Assembly (NCBI GenBank): GCA_900319705.1 | Contig: ONPL01000001.1 | Location: 1-60,222 of the forward strand | From: an uncultured Pseudomonadota bacterium | Lineage (GTDB): Bacteria; Pseudomonadota; Gammaproteobacteria; Enterobacterales; Succinivibrionaceae | Length of the DNA: 60,222 bases | Direction: 5' to 3' | Shown here: piece after piece, positions 53,032 to 60,222 of the stretch | Position numbering within the stretch: position 1 is the stretch's first letter | Layout of the letters: each line of letters opens with the position of its first letter | Translations under genes and position numbers: made by a program | The notes under the pieces: generated by a model | Database searches by the model: none | What the model was told of the DNA's origin: nothing | The model's input: the letters and a program-made list of their open reading frames with translations, nothing else

Positions 53032-53904
53032 ATGAAATTTAATAGGTTTGCTTTTTCTTTGGCGCTTGGAACCGAACTGCTGCTGGCAGGGTGTGTTACA
53101 CAGCATGATCCTCTGCAGTTCTCTAATTCATCAGCACAGAGTACTGAGGAAAAGCCGATAATTGTCCGCCGCAAAAAATATGCCACAGGCATAGGTTCAG
53201 ACAGTCGAATTGCAAGAAGACAGCAGGCAAAAATTCAAGGAATCAAAGGTGTTCAGGTAAAATACGAACCCTATTCCAGAATTGGAAATACCGACTATAC
53301 ACTCAACGGTGATTTCTACGAAATATGGACCGATATAGAGGACTATCAGGAAATCGGGATTGCATCCTGGTACGGTCCGGGATTTCACGGAGAAAGAACA
53401 TCCAACGGCGAAGTTTATGATCAGAAGGGGATCAGTGCCGCTCATAAGAATCTGCCGTTACCGTCATATGTAAAAGTTACCAATCTTGACAACAACAGGA
53501 CTTTGATAGTACGTGTCAACGACCGAGGTCCGTTTCATGAGGGAAGGATAATAGATCTTTCCGAAGGTGCAGCCAAAATTCTCGGCGTGGTGGAACACGG
53601 TACAGCAAGGGTTAAACTTGAACTGATCAAAGTTCCGGAACCTGCCAATGCAAAGGAACTGTATGCCAAGGAGCATTCACGGTACATCCAGGTAGTGGCA
53701 TCGAATGATCAGAAAAAAGCAAACGAGCTGGTAAAGGATCTTTGCCGCAAACTGTCCAAGACCTCGAAGGAAGTCTTTGTTAAAGAATATACCGGCATGT
53801 ACAAAGTATACCTCGGTCCCTATCTGCCGAACCGTGCGCAACGCGAACTTGAAAAGATTAAAAGCGTGGGTTATCCAGAAGCCTACTTGTTATATTTAGA
53901 TTAA
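53032..53904 (+). CDS. rlpA: septal ring lytic transglycosylase RlpA (DPBB + SPOR domains)
   Basis: Lipobox 'LLAGC'. DPBB core 'GIASWYGPGFHGERTSNGEVYD...AAHKNLPLPSYVKVTNL.NNRTLIVRVNDRGPF'. C-terminal SPOR-like 'YKVYLGPY'. Confidence 0.9.
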   Translation: MKFNRFAFSLALGTELLLAGCVTQHDPLQFSNSSAQSTEEKPIIVRRKKYATGIGSDSRIARRQQAKIQGIKGVQVKYEPYSRIGNTDYTLNGDFYEIWTDIEDYQEIGIASWYGPGFHGERTSNGEVYDQKGISAAHKNLPLPSYVKVTNLDNNRTLIVRVNDRGPFHEGRIIDLSEGAAKILGVVEHGTARVKLELIKVPEPANAKELYAKEHSRYIQVVASNDQKKANELVKDLCRKLSKTSKEVFVKEYTGMYKVYLGPYLPNRAQRELEKIKSVGYPEAYLLYLD

Positions 53905-53921
53905 CGATGAGAGATATTGAC

Positions 53922-55160
53922 ATGAGTATCAGAAAAAGTCTTAGTTTAATTGTTGGTATTGCACTGACCTGCTTCTCCTTCAATGCAGTAGCAGACAGCA
54001 AACCAAAGCCAACACCGGACAAACCGTCAAAACCTGCTCCTTCTGCGGTGGAGGTTGTACCTTCCCCTCCGGAGCTGGGAGAATCAGCCTACCTGCTGAT
54101 GGATTATGCAACAGGAGAAGTTCTGATCGGTAAAGATATTCATAAAAGAATCATTCCTGCGTCACTCACCAAAATGATGACCTCATATGTAATCGGACAG
54201 GAAATCGAAGCCGGTCGTCTCGATCCTGAAGAGATGGTAACCATAAGCCAGAATGCATGGTCCAAGAATTACGGTGACTCATCAAAAATGTTCATAGAAG
54301 TTGGTAAACAGGTCAGTGTACGTGATCTCAATCTGGGCATAATCATTCAGTCCGGTAATGACGCATGTATCGCCATGGCAGAACACCTTGCAGGTTCAGA
54401 AGAAGCTTTTGCAAATCTGATGAACAACTGGGCACAGTATATCGGAATGAAGGATTCAAATTTTGTTAACTCTCATGGTCTGCACGACGAAAACCACTAC
54501 TCATCCGCCTATGACATGGCTATCCTCGGCCGCGCCCTGATCCATGATCTGCCTGACGAATATAAAATCTATTCACAGAAGGAATTTACCTTCAACGGCA
54601 TCAAACAGAGCAACCGTAACCGTCTGCTCTGGGACAATACTCTTCACGTTGACGGTATCAAAACAGGTCACCTGAGCCAGGTTGGTTACAATCTGGTAAC
54701 CTCAGCAGTAGATCCGGCTAATAACTTCCGACTGATTTCTGTGGTAATTGGAGCGAACTCTGAACGTCAGCGTGCTGATGACTCCAAAGCACTTCTCACC
54801 TACGGTTTCAGATTCTACAAGCCGGTTCCTGTCATAAAGAAGGGAAAGCCGTTAATCGAACAGAAAATCATCTATGGTGACAAGAGCAAGGTTAAACTAG
54901 GTTCAGGAAGAGATATCACTGTTGCCGTACCGCGAAATAAAATCGACAATCTCAAAGTTTCCATCAAGCTCAATGATAAAAACAAGCTTGAAGCTCCGAT
55001 AAAAAGTGGTGTTGAAGTAGGAACCATATTCATCAGAACATCGGATGACGAACTGATCCATCAGGCTCCGCTTATCACCCTTGAAAGCGTTGAAGAAGGC
55101 GGTTGGCTTGACAAGTCCTGGGACTGGACCGTTTCCTCCATTTCTGACCTTTTTAGCTGA
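53922..55160 (+). CDS. dacA: D-alanyl-D-alanine carboxypeptidase (PBP5/6 class)
   Basis: Signal peptide; 'PASLTKMM' (SxxK), 'SGND' (SxN), 'KTGH' (KTG); C-terminal membrane-anchor helix. Confidence 0.92.
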   Translation: MSIRKSLSLIVGIALTCFSFNAVADSKPKPTPDKPSKPAPSAVEVVPSPPELGESAYLLMDYATGEVLIGKDIHKRIIPASLTKMMTSYVIGQEIEAGRLDPEEMVTISQNAWSKNYGDSSKMFIEVGKQVSVRDLNLGIIIQSGNDACIAMAEHLAGSEEAFANLMNNWAQYIGMKDSNFVNSHGLHDENHYSSAYDMAILGRALIHDLPDEYKIYSQKEFTFNGIKQSNRNRLLWDNTLHVDGIKTGHLSQVGYNLVTSAVDPANNFRLISVVIGANSERQRADDSKALLTYGFRFYKPVPVIKKGKPLIEQKIIYGDKSKVKLGSGRDITVAVPRNKIDNLKVSIKLNDKNKLEAPIKSGVEVGTIFIRTSDDELIHQAPLITLESVEEGGWLDKSWDWTVSSISDLFS

Positions 55161-55167
55161 GGTTAAC

Positions 55168-55434
55168 ATGATAAATTTCAACAAGGTAATTGATTTTCCA
55201 AGTCCGGTGGATTTCAGGGTAATAGTCTGTGATGTACCGGAGATCGAAAACAGAATCATAACCTTTTTTGCGGAAAGGTTTAACCTCAAAGTTAATAAAC
55301 CTATTACCAAAAAGCCGTCAAAAAACGGAACCTACTTCTCTCTTTCAGTTACGGTTACTGTTAAAGACGAAAAACAGATGAATGACATCTACACAGAACT
55401 GGCAAAAGAAGAAGACGTGAAATACGTTCTCTAG
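55168..55434 (+). CDS. ybeD: YbeD-family (DUF493) protein
   Basis: Start at the ATG after GAGG. 'VIDFPSPVDFRVI...KPSKNGTYFSLSVTVTV...YTELAK...VKYVL' parallels E. coli YbeD. Position after dacA is conserved. Confidence 0.88.
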   Translation: MINFNKVIDFPSPVDFRVIVCDVPEIENRIITFFAERFNLKVNKPITKKPSKNGTYFSLSVTVTVKDEKQMNDIYTELAKEEDVKYVL

Positions 55435-55461
55435 TTGTTTGCTACTCTGTAACTGTCCAAG

Positions 55462-55489
55462 AAGGCCGGCCTGCCGGTCTTTTTCTTTT
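55462..55489 (+). terminator. intrinsic terminator after ybeD
   Basis: 'aaggccgg cctg ccggtctt' (8 bp including one G-U) followed by 'tttctttt'. Confidence 0.7.
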
Positions 55490-55621
55490 ATTATGTGCCT
55501 TTCTCCTTCAGCAGATGGAGAAAGGCATCAATACTTTAACTTTCCTATTTTTGTTAAAACTCACATAAACAAACTAATTTTATACACGATTAACAAAAAG
55601 GGCTTTATAATAAAGGAAACA

Positions 55622-57181
55622 ATGTTATCTGCAGTGAATAGGTGCGATATGGATCCTGTTAAAGAAGAATCATTATTATCGGAAAATAAAAAATTAAAAG
55701 ACGAACTGAAGCATCTGAAAGATAAAAGATTGGAAGAGCAAACAAGTAGCCTTAATCTCTACGCTTTGCTGTTAAAATTATTTAGCCTCAATAACAGTTC
55801 CCTTACCAATGTAAGCGAAATAGACCACGCGCTGACCAGCATTGACGAAGCGGAATATAGTCAGTCAAGGGAAAAAATCGAAGCACAGGTAAAAAAGGAA
55901 ATAACCAATCTTGCAAAATCCATAGAATTTGCATCTGAAAGTATTGAGAAGTCAATTCAAAGTCTCAGTGACAAAACAGATATTGGGAGAAATCTCAAAA
56001 TGTCACTGGAACAGTACAACAGTAGCAGTGCAGACTTCGGAATAACCTCAAAACAATCCAAGCTTCTGAAACTGCTGGAACTTTATAATGTAGCGTTCAA
56101 CGATTTGGCTTCACAAGAACAGGGGATCGGGGGACTGTTCAGCAAGAATGAAATAGATCAGGTCTGCAGCAGCATGCAGCAGATTATTTCGGAAATGGAT
56201 TTTCCTAACTCAATTTCAGATGAACTGACACTGATCAGATATAAGCTTCTTTCCAACGTAGATCCGAAGGAACTGCCTAAGATCTGCGTTAAAATACTGG
56301 AACTGGTGGTAGCCAGCTATAGAATTGAACGTGATGATTCACAGACATTCCTTACAAGCCTCAGTGAAAGTCTCAATCTGTTTAATGTAAATTTCGGCAA
56401 ATCAATATCTGTTGTTAAATCACTCCACAGTTCTGAAGTTGATACCAACAACTCCATTGATCTGGCAATCAATCAGATTGACAGTTCCATCAAAGAAGTA
56501 GATACCATCCAGCAATTGAAGGACAATATTCTAGCGCAGGTTGCAAATATCCGGCAGGCAATGGTTGAACACCACAAGATACAGGATAAACAGAACAATT
56601 TTGTACGGGCAATTGAAAAGATTCAGGATCGATTGAAACTCATGGTAGAGGAAACTGATGAGTTCAAACAGAAACTGGCACAGCAGAAGCACCGACTTCT
56701 GATTGACAGTTTAACCCAGTTAAGCAACAAGAATGCCTACGAAAACAGAATTGATCATGAATACAAACGTTGGCAGCGTTACGGCGGTTTCATGACAATT
56801 GCGCTGATTGACGTAGATGACTTCAGAGCCATCAACGAAAAATTCGGACATCTGGCAGGAGATCGTGCACTTAAAGTTATAGCCCGGGCGTTGCAGACTA
56901 AAATCCGCGATACCGATTTCATCGCACGCTACACTAGTGATAAATTCGTGGTAATACTGCTTGGTACGGAACGAAAGGATATTGATATTCCACTGAAAAA
57001 ACTCAATGATATTATTTCTTCAATACCGTTCCATTTCAAGGGCAACAAAGTTGAAATAACTGTTTCTATCGGAGCAGCATATTTTACAGAAAACGACAAT
57101 CCGGTAACTGTACTGGAAAAAGCTGAGCAGGAGCTGTCGGAGGCAAAGAAAGCCGGTAAAAACCGCTTCAGTATTCAGTAA
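55622..57181 (+). CDS. coiled-coil protein with a degenerate GGDEF domain (active site TSDKF, I-site RDTD retained)
   Basis: C-terminal 'ALIDVDDFRAINEKFGHLAGDRAL...KIRDTDFIARYTSDKFVVILL...SIGAA...AEQELSEAKKAGKNRF' is a GGDEF fold. The GG[DE]EF position (56933-47) reads TSDKF. About 350 aa of heptad-like sequence lie N-terminal. Confidence 0.8.
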   Translation: MLSAVNRCDMDPVKEESLLSENKKLKDELKHLKDKRLEEQTSSLNLYALLLKLFSLNNSSLTNVSEIDHALTSIDEAEYSQSREKIEAQVKKEITNLAKSIEFASESIEKSIQSLSDKTDIGRNLKMSLEQYNSSSADFGITSKQSKLLKLLELYNVAFNDLASQEQGIGGLFSKNEIDQVCSSMQQIISEMDFPNSISDELTLIRYKLLSNVDPKELPKICVKILELVVASYRIERDDSQTFLTSLSESLNLFNVNFGKSISVVKSLHSSEVDTNNSIDLAINQIDSSIKEVDTIQQLKDNILAQVANIRQAMVEHHKIQDKQNNFVRAIEKIQDRLKLMVEETDEFKQKLAQQKHRLLIDSLTQLSNKNAYENRIDHEYKRWQRYGGFMTIALIDVDDFRAINEKFGHLAGDRALKVIARALQTKIRDTDFIARYTSDKFVVILLGTERKDIDIPLKKLNDIISSIPFHFKGNKVEITVSIGAAYFTENDNPVTVLEKAEQELSEAKKAGKNRFSIQ

Positions 57182-57211
57182 ATATCAGTATTGAAATTCA
57201 AAATTTAACAT

Positions 57212-57252
57212 GAACAAAGAGAACTGTCGCGTATTAGTTCTCTTTGTTTTTC
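57212..57252. terminator. bidirectional intrinsic terminator (GGDEF gene / kdsA)
   Basis: 'gaacaaagagaac ...12 nt... gttctctttgttt' 13-bp stem with a T-run. Confidence 0.8.
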
Positions 57253-57277
57253 TCACGCTTTTATGAAAGCGGTATTA

Positions 57278-58962
<1,685 letters not shown>

Positions 58963-58979
<17 letters not shown>

Positions 58980-60051
58980 GTGCAGCGAGCTGATCCGCCT
59001 GATATTCCTGAATTATAGGTTCAAGCAGTGCATCCAGATCGCCGTTCATCACTTCATTCAGACGGTACAAGGTAAGATTTATGCGGTGATCGGTCACACG
59101 TCCCTGCGGATAGTTGTAGGTTCTGATTCGATCGGAACGATCACCGGAACTTAAAATGCTGTGACGAGCCTCATCAGCTTCAGCCTTGTGCTTATCCTCC
59201 TCCAGTTTGGTCAGTCTGGCAAGAAGAACGCTCATTGCCTTGGCTTTATTCTTATGCTGAGAACGTTCATCCTGACATTCAACTACCAGACCTGTCGGAA
59301 TATGGGTAATACGAATAGCGGAATCAGTCTTGTTGATATGCTGACCACCGGCACCGGATGAACGGTAGGTATCGATTCTTAAATCAGCAGGATTAATCTC
59401 AGGAGCCTCTGCTTCGGGAACTTCCGGGAGTACCATAACAGTGCAAGCCGATGTATGAACACGACCCTGGGCTTCGGTTTCAGGAACACGCTGTACACGG
59501 TGTCCGCCAGATTCAAATTTCATTACGCCGTAAACGGATGTACCGGACAGACGGGCGATCATTTCCTTGTAACCGCCGTGTTCACCTTCACTGCAGCTGA
59601 CAATTTCCACCTGCCAGCCTCTTTTTTCGGCATAGTAGTTATACATGCGGAACAGATCTCCGGCAAAAATAGCGGCCTCATCACCACCGGTTCCGGCTCT
59701 TATTTCCAGGAAGCAGTCGTTATCATCCTTAGGATCTTTAGGTAGCAGCAGGATCTGAATATCATGTTCCACCTTTTCAAGGTTTGCCTTGGCCTCATCC
59801 TGCTCCTCCTCAGCCATGGCTCTTAATTCAGCGTCATCACTGTTAAGCATTTCAATGATCCCGTCATAATTACTCTGGGCCTCCTTGTAGCTCTGAAAAC
59901 CTTTGACAACATCTGTAAGGGACGCAAATTCCTTGGACAGGGCCTTAAAACGTTCCTGATCAGCCACAACTTCAGGCTGACCCAGCAGTGCCTGAACTTC
60001 CTCGTAACGTTCCTGCAATGATTCAAGTTTGGTTATAACACTGTCTTTCAT
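58963..60051 (-). CDS. prfA: peptide chain release factor 1
   Basis: 'PET' tripeptide region ('RVQRVPETE') and '[15 protein letters not shown]' GGQ motif; 362 aa. Confidence 0.96.
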
Positions 60052-60089
60052 AAAATTTGTAAACGCTCCATAATAACCATTGATGCTAA

Positions 60090-60222
60090 TTAAGATTGTT
60101 TAAAATCAACAATCCACCCTTTCCTTTTTTCAATAAGGTTTAACTTTTTATAGGAAATACCACTTGAAATAATATTTCCATCAATATCTTTAACAAGGTA
60201 GGAGCCACTCTGTCTCCGACCG
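60090..60222 (-). CDS. 3' end of an unidentified gene running off the window
   Basis: Minus-strand frame is open from the window edge: '...[39 protein letters not shown]'. The stop lies 38 nt before the prfA ATG. Too short to assign. Confidence 0.3.
   Translation of the reverse strand, partial: GRRQSGSYLVKDIDGNIISSGISYKKLNLIEKRKGWIVDFKQS

Overview
AT-rich gammaproteobacterial chromosome segment. It is almost entirely core housekeeping genes, in blocks whose order matches what I recall for E. coli: yqcC-queF; leuABCD behind a Leu-rich leader peptide and attenuator; tyrS/anmK; mrcB; queC; dksA-pcnB-folK-panBCD; pth-ychF; a Gln/Met tRNA cluster next to miaB-ybeZ-ybeY-corC-lnt; leuS-lptE-holA-nadD-rlmH-mrdA-rodA-mltB-rlpA-dacA-ybeD; prfA-prmC-kdsA. 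I found no CRISPR array, transposase, integrase, IS end or prophage gene. Non-core content sits in small pockets between these blocks. (1) A pocket between ycdX and tRNA-Arg(CCT) holds a ~450-nt ORF-free stretch with a near-consensus promoter, a small orphan ORF, and a 533-aa DHH/DHHA1-fold protein with most catalytic ligands substituted plus an unassigned, internally duplicated C-terminal half. This is my best candidate for an undescribed module, but the function is unknown. (2) pcnB is twice its normal size because a degenerate copy of its own C-terminal region is nested inside the catalytic head. (3) An 875-aa secreted protein has seven ~106-aa repeats plus a PKD domain. (4) A small secreted protein with a disordered linker lies divergent from mrcB. 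(5) A COG1373/DUF4143-type ATPase without Walker motifs sits between the tRNA cluster and miaB. (6) A coiled-coil GGDEF protein has a TSDKF active site but an intact RxxD I-site. (7) A GT2 glycosyltransferase is broken by an internal deletion. All product calls rest on motif recognition by eye; no database search was run.
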